Assembly: GCF_006345805.1 (NCBI RefSeq)
Contig: NC_043003.1
Span: 80,662,001-80,726,000 of the forward strand
Direction: 5' to 3'
Length of the DNA: 64,000 nt
Origin: Octopus sinensis
Lineage: Eukaryota
Shown here: positions 53,794 through 64,000 of the stretch, in pieces
Position numbering within the stretch: position 1 is the first letter of the stretch
How the letters are laid out: each line of letters starts with the position of its first letter
Made by a program: the position numbers and the translations under genes
Notes under the pieces: generated by a model
The model's database searches: none
The model's input: only the letters and a program-made list of their open reading frames with translations
What the model was told of the DNA's origin: nothing

Positions 53794-54564
53794 CTGCTTG
53801 TCTGTCTGTCTGTCTGTCTGTATATATGTATGTATGTAGGCATGTATATATGTGTGCATATATAGGTATGCAAGTATTTCAGTATGTGGTTTGTATGTAT
53901 GTATATAAAGATGGTGTGCTAATAGTTATGTGATTCAAATGAACGAAATTATTTACAGTATTTAAACTCATCTAATGTTTTATCTAGTGTGAAAACTTAA
54001 AAAGATAAAGTTGGCAGAGGAAACTAAAATATGTAGTACACACAGATGTTATCATGGATTGTACACAAATACACTTACGCGCTTATCTGTCTGGCCATAT
54101 ATCTATTGATGATCGATGTATGTATATATATGTATGCTTATGTATATATATATATATATTGCGTGTGTGTGTGTGTGTTGTGTGTGTGTGTGTGTGTCTG
54201 CTTGTCTGTCTGTCTGTCTGTCTGTATATATGTATGTATGTAGGCATGTATATATGTGTGCATATATAGGTATGCAAGTATTTCAGTATGTGGTTTGTAT
54301 GTATGTATATAAAGATGGTGTGCTAATAGTTATGTGATTCAAATGAACGAAATTATTTACAGTATTTAAACTCATCTAATGTTTTATCTAGTGTGAAAAC
54401 TTAAAAAGATAAAGTTGGCAGAGGAAACTAAAATATGTAGTACACACAGATGTTATCATGGATTGTACACAAATACACTTACGCGCTTATCTGTCTGGCC
54501 ATATATCTATTGATGATCGATGTATGTATATATATGTATGCTTATGTATATATATATATATATT

Positions 54565-54596
<32 letters not shown>
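53791..54596. repeat. Direct tandem duplication, period 404 bp
   Basis: Non-microsatellite sequence looks identical in both copies. ORFs 53712-53933 and 54116-54337 end with the same peptide, offset by 404. Confidence 0.95.
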
Positions 54597-54598
<2 letters not shown>

Positions 54599-54599
<1 letters not shown>

Positions 54600-55873
54600 C
54601 AGATCAATCCATAAGTTCTGTCCGAATTTTGAATTAAGAAAGCACGTGATTAAATGTTATATGTATTTGAAATTTTATCATGAATGTACTTTCCCTGATT
54701 ATCTATGACTTCCTTCCATCTATTTACAAGGTTTCTAATCACATCCGTATAAAACTCTTTTCGTTTCAAATCGAAGATCTCTGAAATGTCAATTTTGACC
54801 TCCTCCTGGCTTGCGAAATTTATATTCCCCAAATGATTCTGTAAACTACGAAACAAATTGTAGTCTGAAGGAGCAAGGTCGAGAGAATAAGGTGGATGAG
54901 GAATTTTGTCGCAACCGAACACTTCGACATTCTGTGATGTGATCCTTGCAGTATGGGGTCACGCATTCGCCTGATGAAAATCACTCCTTTTCGATTCACT
55001 AAAGCGGTTTTTTTTCTTCAAAGTTTGGTTGAGACGTTCTAATTGCTGATAGTAGACTTGAGCATTGATTGTTGCATTAGGTGGTAACAATTCAAAGTGA
55101 ATTACTCCTTTGCAATCCTACCAGAGAGAGTGAAGAAACTTTTCCCCATGAAGTTCCTTTCTCGGTTCTGGTTGAGCTTTTTCCCTTTTACCTATCCACT
55201 GTTTACGACGTTTAACATTTCGATAGAAGATCCATTTTTCGTCACTAGTCATAAGTCTATCCAAAACCGGTGAATTGAGTTCGCGAGAATGGAGAGAAGA
55301 GCAGATGTAAACTTGAGATTTGCGGGTGCTTTCAAGCAATTCATGAGGTACCCATTTTCCAAGTTTAGGAACCTTTCCAAGTTGTTGAAGATGACAATGA
55401 ACAGTTGTATGGTTTGAACTAAGCTTTATTACCAATTCTTCAGCTGATAATGCAGGATTTTCTTTAAGTAATGCATCAAGGATATATTTTTATCAAACTC
55501 AACTGGACGTCATGTTCGATCTTCAATATTAAAATCTCCGCTTCTGGATTTTGAAACCATCTACTGCGAGTTCTATCCTTCGAGCATTTTTTCCCATACA
55601 CTGTGTGTATGTTTCAAGTCGCTTCGGCAAGGAGTTTCCATTTTTGCAATTATAAGGCCATTATGTGCTTCAAATGCTCTTAGGATACCTCCATATTAGA
55701 AGGGGCTTTAATCAAATAAATTCTAATTCTATTATTCTGCAAAATAATATTTAATTAAAGTGTACACAAATGCATAAAAATAATTTTTAATTCCATTAGA
55801 CATTCTAAAATACTATTAAATTTCATTCAATTTTAAAAAAGGTAAAATCGGACAGAACTTATGGATGACCTGA
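54599..55873 (-). mobile_element. Full-length (1275 bp) mariner element with TIRs and TA TSD
   Basis: TIRs TCAG(A/G)TCA(A)TCCATAAGTTCTGTCCGA at both ends, with TA at 54597-54598 and 55874-55875. Confidence 0.93.
54650..55694 (-). pseudogene. Mariner transposase pseudogene
   Basis: KWVPHEL, MTSDEKWIFY, HQANA*PH (second Asp lost), HPPYSLDLAPSDYNLF. Multiple stops and frameshifts. Confidence 0.92.
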
Positions 55874-55882
55874 TATATATAT

Positions 55883-55946
<64 letters not shown>

Positions 55947-56422
55947 TGTATGTATATATGTGTTACTATTATGCTCAACACTGCGTGAATCACAAGGCCG
56001 GCTGAAATATATTTCAATGATAGAAAAGCTGACAGTGACATTAATATTTAGAATGTATACATATTATTTCCGCGATCCTACAACCTCGAGTCTGCTGACC
56101 TAACCACTGGGCCATTGCACATCCACCATATATATGTGTCTATATATATACACGCACATATATGTACCTATGTATACATGCACGAGTACACACATACAGA
56201 CATATATATGTATATAATAGTCTGATGAATCATTAACAATTTTAAGATGAAATAAATACTTAATTTAGACATGAATATAAATCTGTGACTGAATGGATTT
56301 CGTCCATTTTAATTTGGGAGGAAATCTCTAATGTTCAATCAATGGCGTATAAATTGCCTGTGACTTGATGAAGTTTTACTCACGGAATGATTAGGCAAAG
56401 TAGAATTTTATATATACCTATC

Positions 56423-56466
<44 letters not shown>

Positions 56467-56769
56467 GAGACGGTGCAATAAATTTGTCAACAAAAGTGAT
56501 AAAATTAGCTAGTCATAGTAAGAATTTTGTGAGAGTCTTTCAGGTTAAAATAAGTACTGATTACTTGTATATACGCTACAAAACCTGAGCAACTTTTCCT
56601 CTACCCATCTCTTACCATAGACGTGGAAATTCCTTGAAGTAAACCTTTGACGCTTAAAGTAATTAAAAACTATTGCATTTTTTCATGTGTTATTCCTGGA
56701 AAAAAATAAGTGCGATTCGGACGTTTGTGAAACTTGACCTTTCAAAGAGTGCATTATAATTGATTTCAA

Positions 56770-56950
56770 GTTATGGCTCAAGGACAGCAATTACTGGCGA
56801 TGGGTTTAGTCGATGAGATCAAGCCCAGTGTTCAAGTAGTATTCATTTTATCGATCCGGAAGGATGAAACTTACAATCGATCTAGGCTGTATTTGAACTC
56901 AGAATGTGAAAACTCAGCATTTTGTTAGGCGAATAAACGATTCAGTCAGA
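56770..56950 (-). mobile_element. SINE family B, degenerate (a family A head remnant follows at 56990-57140, +)
   Basis: TTCTGAGTTCAAATACAGCC..CATCCTTCCGGATCGATAAAATGAATAC on the minus strand. Confidence 0.7.
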
Positions 56951-57204
56951 TCATCATCTCAGTAGAGTAATTATCATTATTTTAAAAATAGGCGCAAGCA
57001 TGGCTGTGTCGTAAGACATTTGCTTTCCCGCCACAAGTTTCTAAGTTCAGTCTCACCGTGTGGCATCTTCGGCAAGTGACATCTAATATAGGCCCGTGCA
57101 GACCTAAAACTTACGGGTTTATCTGAAAGACATAAACCATAAGAAGCTTATCCTATATATGGATGGTTGTTCCCTATATATTGTGAATGTTTCCAATCCC
57201 CTTG

Positions 57205-58490
57205 TCTTATATTTGGTATGGTGATCATGGCAGTTTTATTTTTTATTTGGGTATAGTTTGTAGCCATATATACGTTTATATAGATGTTTAGGAGGGTGTC
57301 CGTGAATATGCATGTGTGGGTGTAGGTGCATGTGTGCGCGTGTACAAGTGCATATGTAGATGCATGAGTGCATGAGTGATATGTAAATGAGTGTGCTTGT
57401 TTATGCACTTGTATACATGCATGTTTGAATGTGCGTGAGATTGCACCCGTCTGCGTGTACACACTCATATATACATATTATTAATATTTATTTATTTATT
57501 CATTTTTTGTGAATGTGTGTATTTTTATATATATGTGTATTTGATGATATGTGTGAGTGTATATATATATATATTATATATATATATTATATATATATAT
57601 ATATATTATGGATGTATATGTATTTATTTATTAATCTGTATGGGTGTGGGTGTGAATATATTGGTGTATATGTATATGTTTGTGGGTGTGTGTAAATATG
57701 TGCGTGTATTTGTGTGTATTGTGTATTTGGTAAAGGGCGTTTTATCATTATATTTGTATGTATGGGTTTCGTTTATCATGATTGTTTTATTAAAGAATCT
57801 TTTAGTAAATTCGGTCCCCATGTATTATACTTGGTATGTTGATCATGGTAGTTTTATTTTTTATTTGGGTATTGTTTGTAGCCATATATACGTATATTTA
57901 GATGTTTAGGAGGGTGTCCGTGAATATGCATGTGTATGGGTGTGTGTGCATGCGTGCGCGTGTACAAGTGCATGTGTAGATGCGGGGGTGCATGAGTGCT
58001 ATGTAAATGCGTGTGCTTGTGTATGCACTTGTATACATGCATGTTTGAATGTGAGTGAGATTGCACCCGTTTGCGTGTACACACTCATATATACATATAA
58101 TAAATATTTATTTATTTATTTTTTTATAAATGTGTGTATTTTTTATATATATGTGTATTTGATGATATGTGTGAGTGTATATATATATATATATTTATGG
58201 ATGTATATATATTTATTTATTTATCTGTATGGGTGTGGGTGTGAATATATTGGTGTATATATCGAGTATTGTACGTATGTATATGTATGTGTGAGTGGGT
58301 ATATGTATATGTTTGTGGGTGTGTGTTAATATGTGTGTGTATTTGTGTGTGAATGTATAGATGAGGAGGATTGCTATATAGGTTTGTTATTGTGTATGGT
58401 AAATGAGGTTTTATCATTATATTTGTATGTATCGGTTTCGTTTATCATGAATGTTTATTAAAGAATTTTGTAGTAAATTCAGTCTATTTA
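57205..58490. repeat. Diverged tandem duplication, period about 618 bp, TG/TA low complexity
   Basis: GATCATGG(C/T)AGTTTTATTTTTTATTTGGG at 57223 and 57841. GAGATTGCACCCGT and TTTTATCATTATATTTGTATG are each repeated. Confidence 0.9.
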
Positions 58491-59787
58491 CGTTGATTAA
58501 CATATTATTCCATTCTATTCCATTCATAATCTTTAAAATAACGTTCGTTCATCACGCGCAAAGAATTTATTAAAAATATATTCTATTTCTATGGTAACGT
58601 AATTTTGTAAACGCTGTAACAGTTAGACTTTTAAATTCACTTCATAACTTAAAATTGAACAGAAGATTTTTTTTTTTAAGATCTCCTAATTGTAATTTTA
58701 ATATGTATAAGCTTTTGAATAATATGTTAATCTTGTTGTTTATGTAGTGTTCTATTTATCGTACTTTTCTTTGTTATTAATTATTAAATAATTTAGACAT
58801 ACTTTGATAAATAGATAGGTTCGTTTTTAAATGGTTTAGGTTATGTTTAATAATAGAATAATTCTATATAAGTCATTATTATTCACAATAATAAATTTGT
58901 TTTAGAGTGGTGTTGGGGTTTTTAATAGTATATTGCTGAGTAGGGAATGTTACTGTATGTATGTGGCTGAGTGTATGTATCTGTTGAATTTGTTACTCCT
59001 CTGTGTTGGAGTGGCGGTGGGAGTGCGGTTGTATGTGAGTGATTGTGTGTGTGTGTGTGTGTGGGTGTGCATTGTTTATGTGTAGAAATGTTGTTTTCTT
59101 TTGAGTGTTTATGTATGTGTGAATGTGTGTATGTGTGTGTTTGTTTGCGTATATGTGTATGTTTGTTGTATGCATGTGGTATTTGGAATATGTGTGTGTG
59201 TGTTTGTTTTAAGTATTTATATATGGTTGTTGTATATATGTGGTATATGGTATTTGGTAGTTTCTTGCTAAGAATGAAATGTTTCTGTTGTTGTGGTTGA
59301 GTATATGCGGCTGCTGGATGTGTGGTTGTCATGCAGAGTGAGTGTGTTTATGAATGAGGGTTGTATGTGTGTGTGTGGGAGTATGAAGAAGTAATGTGTA
59401 GAAGTATATGGCTACTTTATTAATTTATCGTTGCCTAGATGTTTATGTGTATGAATAGATATATATATATGGGTGTGTGAGTTAGTGTATGTATTTAGAT
59501 ATGTTTATATATACTTAGATATATGTGTATGAGCATGTGTGTATATATATTTTATTTTTATTTTTTGTTTTTTGAAATTAGATTCCTCATCTTTAAATAT
59601 GAGAACTTAAATACAAGGTTTCTTTATATTCAATTGTTTATAGAGGTTATTTTAGTTCTTGTTTGTATATAGATTATATATAGATTATATATATATATAT
59701 TTTTTCATTGATAAATTTATATTATTTATAGTATTAGTCATTTTAAATTTATATCTTAAAAATATTGATTATTTTTAGATCTGAAAT

Positions 59788-59833
59788 CCACCTGATGAAT
59801 GTCCTTAGAAAAGACACGAAACAATTGTAGTGG
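59788..59833 (+). ncRNA. Minimal type I hammerhead ribozyme (same family as 11487)
   Basis: CCAC-CTGATGA-A TGTC cttagaaaa GACA C-GAAA-CAATTG-TA-GTGG. A.C mismatch at the base of stem II. Predicted cleavage after A59829. Confidence 0.78.
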
Positions 59834-59984
59834 CGAATTTAATTTTATTTGATTTATATTAAATTTTTTATGTATTGGATTAAGTCTTTCTTTGTTTGAT
59901 TTGCAAAATAGTGGTTTTGTCTCTAATTAATATTATATATATATATAATATATATATATATATATACACTTATGCGTAATTGTG

Positions 59985-60210
59985 TGAATGTGTGTGTGTA
60001 TGAGTATCTATATGTGAGTACCTTTGTATTTGTCATCTACCACTGTTTAACAACGTTCTTTGGTTTACTTCTGTCCTCTTAACATAGCGGTTTGCCATAA
60101 GAGACCAATAGATTAAGTTCCAAGCTTAAAAAGTGTATTCAATTGACTAAAACGCTACAAGGTGTTGTCTATGCATGGCTGTAGTCCAATGACTGAAACA
60201 AGTAAACGAT
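59985..60210 (+). mobile_element. SINE family A, 3' half, degenerate
   Basis: TAGCGGTTTGCCATAAGAGACC..GCATGGCTGTAGTCCAATGACTGAAACAAGTAAA. Confidence 0.75.
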
Positions 60211-60822
60211 GAAAACAAAAATTAAGCAGAAAAATGAATAACGAAGTTACCCCGAGCGGGATGTAAGCGTAGACATTAAAATAAGAAACCATAATGAAAT
60301 TACGCAAGATATAACGAATGTAAAATAACGTATATGGTTTGTCTTCCGAAGGTGGTGTGCATGTCAGTGTTGTTGTTTTATTCATTATTGTTGACTCCAT
60401 TTCCAATCGTTGATATTCGAGCTGTTTTTTTTTTAAATATGAGTGTTTTCATTTTTTAAGTTCAAAATTAATAGTTTTCTATGCAATTAAATCATTTTTG
60501 GTATATATGTATATATATATTGTAATTTGTGAATAGCGTTCCTTTTGAATTTTCGTCTTTAAGCCTCGTTCGATATTTTTGTATTCAATTCTTCTCTGTG
60601 TACGCAGCGTGAAGTGAAAAACAAATTTGCTCAAAGCTATAATCCCAAACCTTATTTTTTCCTTTGTCTAAGCCATATAGGATTGACAAAAGGCGAATAT
60701 CTCCAAGCTTTCTTAAGCTATCAGTGTGAGCGTAATTTAATTTTAAAAATGCCTATTTCATGTAGTTGCTGTATTTTCTTTAGAAGTGAAACTTGAAAGA
60801 TTCAAAAGCAAATAATAATGAT

Positions 60823-60859
60823 GATGATGATGATGATAATAATAATAATAATAATAATA

Positions 60860-60897
<38 letters not shown>

Positions 60898-60905
60898 GTA
60901 ATAAT
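60823..60905. repeat. (GAT)n/(AAT)n microsatellite
   Basis: Direct reading. Confidence 0.97.
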
Positions 60906-60949
60906 GCTTTCTTTATAAACAATTAGGGTTTTACAGAAATATCGAGGAG

Positions 60950-62560
60950 GATATATGAAGGTACTATTCAATATGGTGCCACACAAAATCATGTAGACAG
61001 GAACATAACAGGAACATAGAAACACAAAGGTGAAAAAAGAAATAATTACGCCGTATGGAGATGTCCGAGGGCTGCTTGTATAAACCCCAGAAAACCGCGG
61101 TTAACATGACCATTCTGCAAAGTGGTCTCTCATTATTCACTCCCGTGAGTCTATTGTGGTAAAGACAGAACAAATCTCGTTCTCTTGGACCTTCAATGCC
61201 ATACTCATCAAACCCCCAACAAATTTACTGGAAGGCAGCACTTCATTCTCCACTTTCACTTTCCTTCACAAATAAAACTTGAAAACGTTGATGTAGTCTT
61301 AGCCAATAAATGTGTTTGTCATAACGGTTTCAGACTGTTCCACCACACAACACGTTTCGCGAAAACAACCAGATAAATACTGCCTACTCAACCCGGATAA
61401 ATGAAGGCGGCGAGACGGTCTTCACAATAAACTTAGCGAGACTTTCTTCATAGTGAACTTAGTTCATAGTTGAATCAATTGACAAATCACCAATGTTCGA
61501 TTACCAGAATGTGCATGCAGATCCGTCTGGTTACTCTATGTCCAACTAGAACAGTCGCTACTGACGAGCACTTCTATGCCGTTAAGCTTCAACCTAACAA
61601 AACCTCCCGGTAGCACTGTTACTCCAGTAGTTTCTGGAAGTAACCGATGGACTCAGCTGCGATAGTCATCCGGAACAGATTACCAGTTTTTCGATGACTC
61701 CCAGTTTATAAACGAGAACATCGTTCCTGTTGCACACCACTACAAGACTATAAGACACCAATGCGGAATTTTCAGCGCCTGCATTACCCGACTGATAGAT
61801 ATTTGCAATTGCCTGACGAAATTCTATGTGTCGGGCGCACTGCATCTTGGTACGCTTGTTACAAGACTACAGTGCTGCCAAGGAGATGACCTTAGGAAAA
61901 GCGAATCTGAACGCACCCGCTCGCCGATAAGAAAGCCTCGTAGAGTATGTTATCGAACCATCCAGCAACATTCGTCACTTCTTTTTTCCGGCTGTTTTCG
62001 GATTTTCTCGATACTCATAGTCACTTGGTAAGAATTATGACTTCAGTGTAGGTATTAAAATTCTATCTAGCGCTTTAGCAGCCCGCCCAAGTTTCGAAGA
62101 ATTTGGAAATTGTAGTATAAAAGCTATAACACTTTTCAAGAGAATATGCGCTGATTTAGGTTCTGCAGAGACAAAATTGTGTGTTTGTTGTCAAGCAGCG
62201 TCTCCATTGTTCCAATGTATCGAACAGCTTTCATCATCATGTGTCGTAGAATATGTATCATGGTCCTGACAAGGCAGCCTTTGTGTTTCATGATCAAGAA
62301 TCGGTCGAGGGCTAATTTGTCCGCGGGAATATCTTCGGCGATGTAATTCGTAAGTACATCTGAGTTTTTAACGAAGTCTCTCTCTATTTTAGCTTTCTCT
62401 ATCGCTGTGATCTTACTAAACTATATCGATTCTACTCTAAGTACCCTTTTCAGAGTAAACCACTGTTTGCTGTTGACGATTACACTCCGTCAGCGTTCGC
62501 TTACATAATTTCTTAATCCAGTCCGTTCAGAAAGACGCTTCATTTTCGAGTAACTAGAAC
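60950..62560 (-). mobile_element. Degenerate L1/Tx1-clade LINE with most of the RT missing
   Basis: Minus strand: APE tail SRIDIV..DH, then QCYRE..KL..RHRSA..C..LHA (CCHC remnant), IVKTVSPPSF..AVF, KRVVWW, INVFKFYL*RKVKVE. Confidence 0.5.
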
Positions 62561-62568
62561 TCTTCCAA

Positions 62569-62638
62569 CAAAGCCTATCCAGCTAGACCATACATATTAC
62601 AAATTAGTAATATGTATGGTCTAGCTAGATAGGCTTTG
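62569..62638. repeat. 70-nt hairpin: 32-bp arms with 1 mismatch, 6-nt loop
   Basis: CAAAGCCTATCCAGCTAGACCATACATATTAC aaatta GTAATATGTATGGTCTAGCTAGATAGGCTTTG. Confidence 0.95.
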
Positions 62639-62699
62639 CTAAGGAAATACGAACAAGTCGTGCTTTCCTTATTCACTGGTCAATAGGATTCTCTATCTA

Positions 62700-63962
62700 C
62701 GAAGGACGTTCAATATGTAATGCCTCTGACCCACTCGCAGTTGTTTGATCTAGCTGAAATTTTGCATGTGCAATTATTGATATCTCTATAGAGTAAGTGG
62801 CAAATGACAGCTCTGAATTAATTGTGGTTTCTGATTTACAGGTGTTTGAACCGAGTCAAGAGTGAAATGGAGCCTGTTGAATGTCGAGCAGTGATCCGGT
62901 TTTTGTATTTGAAAGGACTCACACCACGGGAGTCTTTTGATGAAATGAAAGTAACTTATGGTGATGATGCCCCATCATATGACCTTGTAAAACGCTGGCA
63001 TCGTGAATTCAAACATGGTCGGAACTCTGTGGAAACAGCTCCCAGATCTGGTCGCCCCCTTCTGCCATTAATGAGGCATCTGTCCGTCAAGTTGAGGCTG
63101 CCATTTTGGAAGATCGACGCATAATTATTCGCCAAATAGCCCATGAGGTCAAGATTATACCGGGTCTGTGGAAACTATCATTCATGACCATTTACATATG
63201 CAAAAGGTGTCTGCCAGATGGATTTCCAGGCTGCTCACACCTTTCCAGAAGCAAGAACGCGTCGAGTGCTCGAGGGTGAATTTGGAAATGTGCCAAGAAG
63301 ATGAGTCAAAATTTTTCAAAAGACTGATCACACAGGATGAAACCTGGGTCCATCACGATGATCCAGAAACCAAATCCCAGTCAATGCAGTGGAAGCACCG
63401 TGACTCACCCCCTCCAAAGTAGGCAAGGGTGCAGCCCTCCGATGGCAAGGTCATGCTCACAGTCTTCTGGGACCAGGACGGAGTAGTGATGACAGATTTC
63501 CTGGCAAAGGGTACCACAATTGCAGGAGCCTATTATGCTTCACTTTTGAGGAAATTAAGAGAAGTTATCAAAGTCAAGAGGCGGGGCAAGATCAGCAAAG
63601 GCATCCTCCTCCTGCAGGACAACGCTCCGGTCCACAACTCGCTTGTCGCCAGATCAGAAGCACAGGCATATGGCTATGAACTCCTCCCCATACCCCCTTT
63701 CACCTCTTCCCAATCATGAAGTTGTTTTTGAAAGGAAAGCGTTTCCCAGATGATGCAGCCTTGATTTCTGAAGTCACGTTGAGGTTGGAGGACCAAGCTG
63801 GGTTCTTCTACAAAAACGGTCTCCAGAGCCGCATCAAACGATGGGAGAAATGCGTAACTCTGGGTGGTTCCTATGTAAAAAAAGACTAATAACTGTGCCA
63901 AGTTTCGTTGCTCTACTGCTATGGGAAGTGGATCAGGGGCATTACTTATTGAACGCCCCTCG
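62700..63962 (+). mobile_element. Full-length (1263 bp) mariner element with about 37-bp TIRs and TA TSD (irritans-like by inference)
   Basis: Left end CGAAGGACGTTCAATATGTAATGCCTCTGACCCACT versus reverse complement of right end CGAGGGGCGTTCAATAAGTAATGCCCCTGATCCACT. TA at 62698-62699 and 63963-63964. Confidence 0.93.
62867..63889 (+). pseudogene. Mariner transposase pseudogene
   Basis: MEPVECRAVIRFL..SGRP, KVSARWISRLL, ITQDETWVHH, KVMLTVFWD, LQDNAPVH. The YSPDLAPSD motif is deleted near 63695. Frameshifts and an internal stop are present. Confidence 0.93.
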
Positions 63963-64000
63963 TAGATACGATCTGTACCCAATATGATTTGTCCGTCACT

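Noticed and set aside
1951-59332. Numerous ORFs with poly-I/Y, poly-ER, poly-V/S or H/T-rich translations
   Set aside because: They are read-through of (TA)n, (GA)n, (TG)n and trinucleotide microsatellites, with no domain content.
62822-63982. Mariner ORFs as a SETMAR-like host gene or active transposase
   Set aside because: No SET domain. Bounded by TIRs and TA, frameshifted, and the third catalytic motif is deleted.
1-64000. CRISPR array, rRNA, telomeric arrays
   Set aside because: No regularly spaced repeat-spacer units, rRNA-like sequence or TTAGGG arrays were seen. Single-base phase breaks in (TA)n may be sequencing errors and were not interpreted.

Overview
AT-rich, microsatellite-dense eukaryotic non-coding (intronic or intergenic) DNA. 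The SINE families and repeat mix point to an octopus/cephalopod genome (inference). No intact, recognisable protein-coding gene, rRNA, true tRNA gene or CRISPR array is supported, and almost all listed ORFs are microsatellite or antisense read-through. The window is a transposon graveyard: R4/Dong-type LINE fragments clustered at 0.4-8 kb, RTE and L1/Tx1-type LINE remnants, two full-length TIR-bounded but inactivated mariner elements, a SINE-interrupted mariner, a deleted maT-type element and about 25 SINE or SINE-like copies. The most interesting signal is RNA structure. Two copies of a short non-coding element carry a complete minimal type I hammerhead ribozyme (11487-11529, 59788-59833) with a self-complementary helix III, as in Penelope-like elements. 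Several degenerate hammerhead-like motifs sit in other short elements beside (TA)n tracts. There are also near-perfect fold-back hairpins, a SINE with an apparent GGTATTT target preference, and two tandem duplications that may be assembly artefacts. Boundaries of degenerate repeats are approximate and were read by eye.
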